From the NCBI GenBank assembly GCA_029856145.1, contig JAHQWK010000001.1, forward strand, positions 576,001 to 640,000: a stretch of 64,000 nucleotides of DNA, written 5' to 3'. Positions 21,519 through 30,513 of this stretch are shown here, piece after piece. Numbering within the stretch: position 1 is the stretch's first letter; the number at the start of each line of letters is the position of its first letter. Source of the stretch: Promethearchaeia archaeon (GTDB lineage Archaea; Asgardarchaeota; Lokiarchaeia; Sigyniarchaeales; SOKP01). Both the position numbers and the translations under genes were made by a program. A model generated the notes under the pieces. The model made no database searches. It saw nothing but the letters and a program-made list of their open reading frames with translations, and had not been told where the DNA came from.

Positions 21519-21805
21519 CATAGCTATAAAGAGATTGATAGATTAAATTTTAATTACACCCGTTCTTAGATTTTCACGGGATGATTCATAACTTAATCAT
21601 TTTCAATTACTTCAATTAATTCCTTGTAGATCAAAATCTTAAAATTAAAAATCACGAGAAATTAATCAACATATCAGAAAAACAAAGCAGTCAGAGAATT
21701 AAAATTTTAATTCTAATTATCATATAGAATTATAAGACAAAAATTAAAAGAATTATAATAAAAAATATTTAAGAAAAAATCAATCATTTTTGTAGGAGAT
21801 ACTAG

Positions 21806-23461
21806 ATGGGAAGGAGATCTTGGATTCATCTTATAAAATCAAAAGAGGAAGCCTTCAGAATAAGAGAATTCATTGAAAAGAGTAAATATTATATATTTAT
21901 AGTCTGTGGTGCTTTAATTGAAGATTCGCTTAAAGATGTTTGGGGTAATAAATATGGTATTGATGGTATGATAACTCCTGCATTATTAACACAATCAGAT
22001 GGAAGCTCAGTAATTGAGGAGATGATTAAACAAGAAATAATATATGGGAGTAGAACTGTTGTACTAGATAATTTAATTTCAGAAGAAATTGAAGTAACTG
22101 AACACGGGTGGAAAATTAGAAAAGCACGTTATATGTCATCTCAAGAATTTTTTGATTATATAGATAAAGAGATGGTGCCTAAAATTTCCAAATTGAGGAA
22201 ACGTGAGGATCTTACCTCATTAGATATTAAAAAACAGATAATTTATTCGCTAAAACATGGTGATCATCATAGATTACATCATTTAATTTTATATAAACTC
22301 CTTAGATTCTTAGATTTAGAAGATTTTGAAGAATTATGGAATAAATACAATTTAAAATTAGTTCGGCTTTTTGCTAAGGATATAAGAATACTTAGAGGTG
22401 AATTTTTCCAAGATATTACCTTTCCAGATAAATTCTCTGAATTTCTACAACAAAAAATTATTGAAATTATCATTAAAGGAGAAAACGAGCAAATAGAAGA
22501 TTTGATTTGGCTTAAATTATATCAATTTTTGGATGTTAAAGATTTAAAGACCTTACCAGAAGATAAACTCCTTAATTTTATTGAATTATTTTATACAACT
22601 ATTAATAAAGTTAGATATGTAGATTACGTTATTGAAGAGATTGAAATATTTACTAAAAAAGTCGGGAATTCCCTATCTCCTTATTTTAGAAAACTTATTA
22701 AACACATAATTAAATCAAAGGATACAAATAGCATTTTAAACCTCATTCTTAATCGTTGGACTTACATGCTTAACAAACAAAGTCTGATGGATCTTTTAAG
22801 GGATTCAGAATTAGACTTTTTTAACATTCTAATTAAAACAACGCAGGATTTAGGTGATTATTACGGATTTAATAAAGAAATTGATGATACTATATTTGAG
22901 TATATTTTAGAGATAGTAACCCCTTCAGAAGCGGAAGCTCTGAAAGATTTAAAATCTTTGATTAAAGAAGGATTTATTATTATGTATAAAAGAGATATAG
23001 ATAAAGAAATAAATAGTATAGTGAAAAAAGATAATCACATAGTAAGTATAACCATTCAGGATAGTCAACTGGAAAAAGTTCCAGAGTCAATTGGAATGCT
23101 TGAATATCTTAAAGAGTTTGTAATAGAAAAAGCAAAAATAACTCATCTCCCTGAATCGATTGGTAATTTGAGATCACTTAAAACTCTTGAAATACATTCA
23201 TGTGGATTGAAAACAATTCCAAACTCTATAGGTAATTTGAAATCACTTGAGGAATTGTATTTAAATGGCAATAATCTAGCAATACTTCCAGATTCAATTG
23301 GAAATCTACAATCTTTAAAAATTTTAGATTTATATGGAAATAATTTGAAGACACTCCCCTTATCAATTGGAAATATTACATCTATAAATAAAATCAATAT
23401 AGGAGAAAATCCTAATTTGATCTTGCCAAAGAGTCTGAATCAATTTAATATTAAAAAATAA
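21806..23461 (+). CDS. Leucine-rich repeat protein (C-terminal LRRs)
   Basis: Repeated LPxSIGNLxxLxxLxL. Confidence 0.88.
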   Translation: MGRRSWIHLIKSKEEAFRIREFIEKSKYYIFIVCGALIEDSLKDVWGNKYGIDGMITPALLTQSDGSSVIEEMIKQEIIYGSRTVVLDNLISEEIEVTEHGWKIRKARYMSSQEFFDYIDKEMVPKISKLRKREDLTSLDIKKQIIYSLKHGDHHRLHHLILYKLLRFLDLEDFEELWNKYNLKLVRLFAKDIRILRGEFFQDITFPDKFSEFLQQKIIEIIIKGENEQIEDLIWLKLYQFLDVKDLKTLPEDKLLNFIELFYTTINKVRYVDYVIEEIEIFTKKVGNSLSPYFRKLIKHIIKSKDTNSILNLILNRWTYMLNKQSLMDLLRDSELDFFNILIKTTQDLGDYYGFNKEIDDTIFEYILEIVTPSEAEALKDLKSLIKEGFIIMYKRDIDKEINSIVKKDNHIVSITIQDSQLEKVPESIGMLEYLKEFVIEKAKITHLPESIGNLRSLKTLEIHSCGLKTIPNSIGNLKSLEELYLNGNNLAILPDSIGNLQSLKILDLYGNNLKTLPLSIGNITSINKINIGENPNLILPKSLNQFNIKK

Positions 23462-23755
23462 TGTATTTTAGATTAGTAAAACGACAAAAGAATTCAAAAA
23501 TATTAAAAATTAATATATAAAATTTTACTTAAATATTAATAAAGACAATTCTAAAATCTGTTCTCAAATTATTAGATTAGAAGTTCACAACGATGCTATT
23601 TGCTATTTCTTATTTTTCACTGATAAGAGTTTAATATTTCTATCTTCCATTAAGTATTCTAGTGTATTCTTCCACATCTTCAATTTTTCTTTGACAGATA
23701 ATATATCGTTTAATGTATAATATTTGTTTGAAAAGCGTTTTAACAATGCTGTAGT

Positions 23756-23809
23756 AATCGTAAGAAAATAACTAAAAACGACTTGCTTTTGTCAATTAAA
23801 TACAAATAA
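23756..23809 (+). pseudogene. Start-less remnant of the histone 3' end (NRKKITKNDLLLSIKYK*)
   Basis: 17/17 aa identical to 21405-21458 with 10 synonymous nucleotide differences; in-frame TAA at 23741 and no start between; similar downstream T-rich sequence. Confidence 0.85.
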
Positions 23810-23945
23810 AGAAATTTTTTAGACTAGAATAAACTTTATAATTTTTTTTCTTTTTTTTTTTCTTTTTTCTAATAACTTTATCTAATACTATTGCAGTTCC
23901 CTTAAGACTTCCGACTAATTCAAATAATTTCTTTAAGTTCGTATC

Positions 23946-24074
23946 TTATGGATAATCAAATTTTATTTTGTAGAATCTATCCTCAATAATTCCTCCACAT
24001 TGTCTCGCGATCCTAGTAGCCTCGGGTACATTTTGACCTGATGACCTAGAATTACAACAAAATTCAATAATCAT
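23946..24074 (-). pseudogene. Short or interrupted ORF (MIIEFCCNSRSSGQNVPEATRIARQCGG...), 42 aa
   Basis: Strong GAGGTGA SD before ATG; the frame continues as protein-like sequence (DTNLKKLFELVGSLKGTAIVLD) after the TAA. Confidence 0.4.
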
Positions 24075-24322
24075 GATTTCACCTCTAATAATCAATTTTA
24101 GCTTTTAAAATAAACTTGATTTTATATTCATCACTCCAGAACTTTAAATACCTTTAAATATTTTCCTCAATACAATGGTATACATTTCCAATTTTGACCT
24201 TTAAATAGGCAAAATGAATGAAATCTAATATTAAATGGAAAAGATGAAAAAAAAATTAAATTTAATTAAAGTAGAGAAATTACTTTTTGGATTTACAGAA
24301 TAAAAAAGTGGGTAATGACAAA

Positions 24323-25744
24323 ATGATTAAAAATAACAAAAAGGTTATTATATTAAGCGCGATATTTCTCCCATTTATGATTTGCGCAATCAGTGGTAGG
24401 CTAGTTCAATCTAATAATGCTAATTTGGAAGAAGTTAATGAAATTAATAATGAATTTAAAATAAAAATAGCTAGTGGATATACTCCTATTTATATCCATA
24501 TAGATGCCAGTGTTAATGATAATTGGTCAAACACCGCTAGTAATTGTGATTGGTGTTATGAAAAAGATGGAGTTTATTACATTGAAAATTGTTCTATCGA
24601 TGCTTCACTTTCTCCTACTGGAAGTGGAATCTTTATTAATAATTCCAAATATGTGAAATTCATAATCCAAAATTGCAGTGTTTATAATGCTGGTTCTGAT
24701 CATCTTGATGCAGGGATTAAATTAGAAAATACATGCAATGGAACTTTAATAAATAATGACTGTTCAAATAACAATTTTGGAGGATTTCTTTTAAATAATG
24801 GATGTAAAAATAACACCATCTCATGGAATACAGCAAATAACAATCATGCCGTTGGTATTTATAGCTTTGATCATTGTAACAACAATACTATTGACTTTAA
24901 TATTGTTAGGGAAAATGATGATGTGGGTATTGTTTTAGAAGAGTATTGCAATAATAACACAATTTTTAGCAATATTGCTAAAGATAACGGAGATTTTGGT
25001 GGTATTTATTTAGAGGATTATTGTAATGACAACACAATTTATAATAATACTGTTGGTAATGATCTAACTACAGATCAAAATTTTGGAATTTATTTGTACT
25101 GGAATTGTGATAAAAATTTAATCATGAATAACACGGCAAGTAATAATTATTGGTACGGGATAAGCTTTGAAATGGCTTGTGATAACAACATACTTATCAG
25201 TAACACTGCTAACAATAATGGTCGATATGGTATATATATAGAAAGGTGGTGTGATTATAACAATATAACAAATTGTGAAATACGATACAATACCATAGGT
25301 TTATTGTTGGAGACTGGATGTAATAATAATACGTTCTTTAATAATAAAATCATAAATAATTCACAATTTGGGGCTGTTATAGAAAATTATACTGATGAAT
25401 GCATGTATAATCTTTTTTACAGGAATATTTTTAATAATCCCCTCGGGATTAATGCTATAGATAATTGTTCTAATAATCGTTGGGATAACGGAATAATAGG
25501 AAATCTATGGCATGATTATAATGGTAAGGATGAAAATAATGATGGGATAGGAGATACACCATATAATGGAATTGGAGGAACAGGGGGTGCTCAAGATAGA
25601 TTTCCAATATGGGATGATGGTGTAGAGATTAATCCATTCCCGATTGAATTAATTATTATCATATCAAGTATTATTATAATTGCTGGTACAACATTATCAA
25701 TTGGGTTTATATTTTGGAAGAGATCAATAAAGAGAAAATTATAA
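24323..25744 (+). CDS. Cell-surface right-handed parallel beta-helix (NosD/CASH) protein
   Basis: Signal-like N-terminus, many GIxL...NNTI..N repeats, GNLWHDY.G.D...DGIGDTPY, C-terminal TM anchor. Confidence 0.85.
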   Translation: MIKNNKKVIILSAIFLPFMICAISGRLVQSNNANLEEVNEINNEFKIKIASGYTPIYIHIDASVNDNWSNTASNCDWCYEKDGVYYIENCSIDASLSPTGSGIFINNSKYVKFIIQNCSVYNAGSDHLDAGIKLENTCNGTLINNDCSNNNFGGFLLNNGCKNNTISWNTANNNHAVGIYSFDHCNNNTIDFNIVRENDDVGIVLEEYCNNNTIFSNIAKDNGDFGGIYLEDYCNDNTIYNNTVGNDLTTDQNFGIYLYWNCDKNLIMNNTASNNYWYGISFEMACDNNILISNTANNNGRYGIYIERWCDYNNITNCEIRYNTIGLLLETGCNNNTFFNNKIINNSQFGAVIENYTDECMYNLFYRNIFNNPLGINAIDNCSNNRWDNGIIGNLWHDYNGKDENNDGIGDTPYNGIGGTGGAQDRFPIWDDGVEINPFPIELIIIISSIIIIAGTTLSIGFIFWKRSIKRKL

Positions 25745-25887
25745 AATAAAATTATTTTTTTCTTTTTTTTAATTATATAATTTAATTTCGTTTTAAATTG
25801 ATTTACTTCTAATATTTTGAAAAATTGGAAAACTTTTAAATACTATGTAGAACTAACAACTAGAATAAATCTTAGAGGACGACAGAC

Positions 25888-27891
25888 ATGGCTTATTTCA
25901 AGAATATAGTATTGGTCAAGGCGGAAGGAAATTATTTTGATGCTAGCTTTTTTGAAGCAAACATTCCTCTTTGTTATCTTAGCGCAGTCATAAAAGATCA
26001 CGTGAATTCTGTTACAATGCCTATGGATATGCGTATAGATCTTAGACCATTTGAAAAATATGAAAATCATTTAGTAAAAATGGAAAAAGGAGGTGGGAAA
26101 TGTGATCTTGTAGGAATTTCAACTATGACAGCATCATTTCCCAACGCAATAATACTTGCTAGAATAGCAAAAAAACATGGTGCTTATGTTGTTGTGGGAG
26201 GTTATCATCCTTCTGCTCTTCCTGAAGCAATGTTTAATGTCCCAGAAATTGATGCTGTTGTTCGTGGAGAAGGAGAAATGACTTTAAAAGAACTTGTTCT
26301 AAACGGTCCTTCAACCTTCGTTAAAGGATTGAGCTTTAGGGATGAAAATGGGATTATTTGTCATAATCAGGACCGTGAAAGGATAATGCATCTCGACTCG
26401 TTACCATTTCCAGATAGGAATTTGCGTCCAGAGAACCCTATCTTTAATAAACACGAAGTCGTAGTTACATCACGCGGTTGTAATGGTACTTGTACATTTT
26501 GTGCAAATGATGCTGTACACGGTCGATGGCGAGGTCGTTCCCCAGAAAATGTTGTTGCAGAATTGAAAATGCTACAAAAAAAACACCCAGACTTATCTAC
26601 AGTCCATATATGGGACGCAAATTTTATGCAAGACAGCGAGAGAGTCGCTAAAATCATTAATCTCATCAAAGAAAACAAAATTTACTTCAAATATTTCTGT
26701 GAAATGCGCGTAGATCACATAACTAAACACCCCGATTTAATCAAAAGATTAGCAGAAATAGGAATGGAGTGGATAGCAATTGGTATTGAAAGTCCGTATC
26801 AAGAGCGTTTGAAAAAATTAAAAAAAGGGATTACTACTTTTGCCGTGGAAAAGGCTATCGAAATATTGAAGGAGAACAAAATTAAAATTGTAGGATATTT
26901 AATGATAGGCGATCCGGACGAGACAATGGAGCAAGTGAAGGAGTATCCCGTATATGCAACGAGAGTTGGCATAGATAAGATCATGTTAGCCATACAGACA
27001 CCACATCCAGGAAGCTTATTGTTTAAGGAGATGGCTAAGGAAGGAGCCATAACGTCATATCAATGGGAGAAATACGATATAGGTCATTCAGTAGCAAAAT
27101 TGAAAAATATGACGAATCATGAATGTGAGGTTCTCATGGATTGGTGTTGGGGAAAATATTATAGCCCTGAATGGGCGTTTTCCCGAGAGAGATCGCTAAA
27201 AGAAGCATTTTTTCGATATTTGTCCTTTGTTTGGATTGGTTATCCTGGTTTTTTTATTCACGCACGTTCTAGAGAGACTGTTGAAGAAAATTTAAGAGCA
27301 TATATCTCAGCAATGCAAGGTTATTATGATTTAAGCAAGTATGAATATACAGATGCAGATTATCTCGATGATCTAAGGGGGTATAATTTTCAATTGACTT
27401 TTCGTTTCAGTAATGGAGATGATATTTCTTTGTTAGCTTCAATAGATAAAAACAGCAAGCTAGTGATTGAAATATTTAATGGAAAAAGAAAAGATGTATT
27501 TCTCGATTTTACACTTAATTCAAGTGATTTCATTGATATTCTTAAATCCTTACCCTTACAAATTATTTCGCTCGTACATTGGGCGGGGTTTAATTTTAAC
27601 AACTTGAAAGCAAACATTCATGTCTTTAAGACTTTCTTGTCTATGGTTGCAAAAGCAGTTCGATTGAACACGATAAATTATAAAAAATTAACAAAATATT
27701 TAGTTGTAGGAACAAAATTTCTTCCTAAAAAATTATATGAACTAATCAGAGAAGAAATTCCAATTTTCAACAATAAAAAGAAAAGTGAAGTATATGAAGA
27801 TAATTACATGAAAGCTATAACAAACTCGGTTAGAAATGTTTTATATAAAGTAATACTGTTCCCTTTCACAATTCTCGTTCCTGTTGACTGA
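25888..27891 (+). CDS. Cobalamin-binding radical SAM protein with C-terminal extension (possibly SCP2-like)
   Basis: VGIS, VVVGGYHPS, VVRGEGE (B12 domain); TSRGCNGTCTFC; GIES; TPHPGS. Confidence 0.88.
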   Translation: MAYFKNIVLVKAEGNYFDASFFEANIPLCYLSAVIKDHVNSVTMPMDMRIDLRPFEKYENHLVKMEKGGGKCDLVGISTMTASFPNAIILARIAKKHGAYVVVGGYHPSALPEAMFNVPEIDAVVRGEGEMTLKELVLNGPSTFVKGLSFRDENGIICHNQDRERIMHLDSLPFPDRNLRPENPIFNKHEVVVTSRGCNGTCTFCANDAVHGRWRGRSPENVVAELKMLQKKHPDLSTVHIWDANFMQDSERVAKIINLIKENKIYFKYFCEMRVDHITKHPDLIKRLAEIGMEWIAIGIESPYQERLKKLKKGITTFAVEKAIEILKENKIKIVGYLMIGDPDETMEQVKEYPVYATRVGIDKIMLAIQTPHPGSLLFKEMAKEGAITSYQWEKYDIGHSVAKLKNMTNHECEVLMDWCWGKYYSPEWAFSRERSLKEAFFRYLSFVWIGYPGFFIHARSRETVEENLRAYISAMQGYYDLSKYEYTDADYLDDLRGYNFQLTFRFSNGDDISLLASIDKNSKLVIEIFNGKRKDVFLDFTLNSSDFIDILKSLPLQIISLVHWAGFNFNNLKANIHVFKTFLSMVAKAVRLNTINYKKLTKYLVVGTKFLPKKLYELIREEIPIFNNKKKSEVYEDNYMKAITNSVRNVLYKVILFPFTILVPVD

Positions 27892-27941
27892 TAATAGATT
27901 TAAGCTTTCTTTTTTATTCTCTACCTTTTATAATTTCAAAA

Positions 27942-28145
27942 TGTAATAAGTGTGCTGAATATATCGTTGATGGTGATAATTACAAAGAGAGAACCTTAAT
28001 CATTGAAAGAAAAGCTCGAGGATGTGGATTTAGAGTCGAAAAAATTGAAACAAAGAATTCTTATCACCTAAAATTTTATGGTGATATACAAGATCATGTT
28101 GATGGTTTTGTTGAATTATGTTATAAGGATAATTACAATCTTTAA
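27942..28145 (+). pseudogene. Start-less ORF fragment (CNKCAEYIVDG...ELCYKDNYNL*)
   Basis: Open, protein-like frame with CxxC but no in-frame ATG/GTG/TTG after the upstream stop. Confidence 0.3.
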
Positions 28146-28158
28146 TTTTAAGTTTTAA

Positions 28159-28719
28159 TTATTCAGTTTGAAGTCGTTCTCCCAATTTATAATAATTGAA
28201 GTCACCTCCAGTAGTCCAAATAATTGGATGTATCTTCCTCCAATCGAGCTTGACGTTATCCTCTTCCTTAATAGTGTATTGTTGATTTACATAAGATTTA
28301 ATTACCTTACCAATAATTCCTTCACCATCGCCATAGTCGAGGATTTCATGTACTTCACATTCTATATTTACTGGACATTCACGAATCATTGGGGCTGTTT
28401 TTAATTCTCCGTAAAAATTATCAAAGAGGGAACTTTTATCAATATCCCGTCCAGATTTACTTCCACAAATATTTGTTTTTTCCACGAGATCCTCTGAAGG
28501 GATATTTACACTAAAGGTCATATTCTCATGAATTCCGATTGTAGTATAGCGTGTTGGAGATAAACTGAAGAAAATATACTTGCCAAAATCAAATGGACAG
28601 CTATACCCAATTACCAGATAATTAGGCTTATTATATACATTTGCTCCTACCAAAATCACTGGTAGTGGACTGAGAAGATTTCCTTCAACAATTTGTTTAT
28701 TTAAATTTACTTCTTTCAT
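28159..28719 (-). CDS. Flavin reductase-like (flavoredoxin) protein
   Basis: PLPVILVGA, FSVNIP, CG..SGR..DK, APMI.ECPVNIEC. Confidence 0.85.
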   Translation of the reverse strand: MKEVNLNKQIVEGNLLSPLPVILVGANVYNKPNYLVIGYSCPFDFGKYIFFSLSPTRYTTIGIHENMTFSVNIPSEDLVEKTNICGSKSGRDIDKSSLFDNFYGELKTAPMIRECPVNIECEVHEILDYGDGEGIIGKVIKSYVNQQYTIKEEDNVKLDWRKIHPIIWTTGGDFNYYKLGERLQTE

Positions 28720-28732
28720 TTTTGATTATTTT

Positions 28733-29392
28733 TTATAGTTTTTTTACAATATAGTCAAGGATACAGGTACGTCCTGTATTGAAATAATTTCCTTGCATGA
28801 TATGCCTTTTTTCTTTATAAATTATCTCAAAATCTTTACAATATTTGTCAGGTTCATCATCATCATAAAAACTATGAAGAAACTTTCCATTACCTTCTAT
28901 AGTTATAACTTCACCTGGGTTTTGTTCTATTCCATTACCATAATGATTATCGTCCTTCGAAAGGAAGTTTATATAACAAAGTCCCTCTTTTTTCAGCACT
29001 CTATACATTTCTTTGATGGCAATTCCACTATCAATCTTATTTAAATGAAAAATAGAATTATAAGAAAATACAAAACTAAAAAAATTAGACTCAAATGGTA
29101 TTTTTCTCATATCAGCTTTAATAATTTTTAGTTTTATTCCATTTTCTTCACAATACTCATTAGAATAGTTAATAGAATCTTCCGAAATATCAATTCCATA
29201 AGTTTCAAATCCATTCTCATGAAAAAATGCAAGCTTAGGATTTGAACCACCAGCTCCACAATCTAAAATTTTTTTTTCTAAAGGCACTGAATTCGTGAAT
29301 CTAAGGAAATTATACAATGAAGAGGGATAAAAATTCTGGATCATTTTCCATAAATACCTCATATCTGTTAGTTTTTTAATAATATTTTTCAT
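28733..29392 (-). CDS. Class I SAM-dependent methyltransferase
   Basis: ILDCGAGG, GID, ADMR.IPF, RVLKKEG. Confidence 0.85.
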   Translation of the reverse strand: MKNIIKKLTDMRYLWKMIQNFYPSSLYNFLRFTNSVPLEKKILDCGAGGSNPKLAFFHENGFETYGIDISEDSINYSNEYCEENGIKLKIIKADMRKIPFESNFFSFVFSYNSIFHLNKIDSGIAIKEMYRVLKKEGLCYINFLSKDDNHYGNGIEQNPGEVITIEGNGKFLHSFYDDDEPDKYCKDFEIIYKEKRHIMQGNYFNTGRTCILDYIVKKL

Positions 29393-29970
29393 GAAGTTTT
29401 ATACTTTTTACCAATCTCAAATGCGGGGGCAAGTTTTTCGCCAACTTTCCAATAATTGTTCAGTGAATATGTATAGGTTTTTAGTTTAGCAATGTCTGGT
29501 ATCCCTTCTGTTAAATATTCCTCATCTGCATAAGCATTTACTACTTTTCCGATAAAAATTTCATGACCTTCCTCGATCTCCACTAATTCCTTTATCTTAA
29601 AGCTTTTAACCAACTCACATTCAAGATTTAGAGGTGAGAGACTAACCATTGGTGCTGTTTTAAGATCCCCGTAAAAAACATCAAATACTTCTGATTTATC
29701 TATTTCTTTTCCTGAAACTATGCCACAATAATCAATCATTTCTGCCAAATCTTCTGAGGGTGTATTAACGCTAAATGTTTCATTTTCCTTAATACCAATA
29801 TTAGTATAATGAGTTTCGTAAGAAGCTATTGAAATTAATGGTGGTTGACTTTCGACAATGCCGACATATGCAAGTGTCTCAAAATTCGGTTTTTCATTCA
29901 CATTTGCCCCGATAAGAGCAACTGGCATAGGAAATAAATAAGCTCTTGGAGGAATTTTATTTTTCTTCAT
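29389..29970 (-). CDS. Flavin reductase-like (flavoredoxin) protein, paralog of 28159-28719
   Basis: PMPVALIGA, FSVNTP, CG..SG..DKS, APMV..SPLNLEC, HEIFIG. Confidence 0.85.
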   Translation of the reverse strand: MKKNKIPPRAYLFPMPVALIGANVNEKPNFETLAYVGIVESQPPLISIASYETHYTNIGIKENETFSVNTPSEDLAEMIDYCGIVSGKEIDKSEVFDVFYGDLKTAPMVSLSPLNLECELVKSFKIKELVEIEEGHEIFIGKVVNAYADEEYLTEGIPDIAKLKTYTYSLNNYWKVGEKLAPAFEIGKKYKTS

Positions 29971-30112
29971 TATATCACACTTTTAAGATCTATGTATAGA
30001 ATAGGATTTGATAACATAAATAGATGAAATTCTTGAACTTAGAACGAACTTTAAACTTATTTTCTAATTTTAAACTATAATTTATCACTGAATTGGAATA
30101 TAAAATGAAATG

Positions 30113-30475
30113 TTAGCCACAACAACCAGTATTTGAATTATCTTCACTGGTTGGTCCACAGCCACATGAATTTTCAATCGCTTTACCTTTTTTTGCATTT
30201 TTAGCTACACCTCTCGCATTCCACAAACATCCACACCCTTTTCGTTCATTCAAGATAATTGCTTGAGTTGGGCAATTTCTCTTACAAGCACTGCATTCTG
30301 TACATAGCTCAGGTCTTGGTATTTCATATTTTCCAGAACTATGGGGTTGTGGAAGTCCAAATGGGCACACTTCAGCACATAGACCACAGCCATTACACAC
30401 ATCTTTATCAATAAAGATTAAAATATCTTTAACAAATTCAGTAAAATCAAATGATTCAAAATTTGTTTCTGTCAT
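30113..30475 (-). CDS. hgcB: HgcB-like 2[4Fe-4S] ferredoxin with Cys-rich tail
   Basis: CNGCGLCAEVCP and CTECSACKRNCP (HgcB consensus C[M/I]ECGAC), then GCGC and terminal CC; directly downstream of the hgcA-like gene; GGAGG SD. Confidence 0.75.
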   Translation of the reverse strand: MTETNFESFDFTEFVKDILIFIDKDVCNGCGLCAEVCPFGLPQPHSSGKYEIPRPELCTECSACKRNCPTQAIILNERKGCGCLWNARGVAKNAKKGKAIENSCGCGPTSEDNSNTGCCG

Positions 30476-30513
30476 TTTACTTACCTCCTATTTATGTACA
30501 TCTTTTATTTTTT

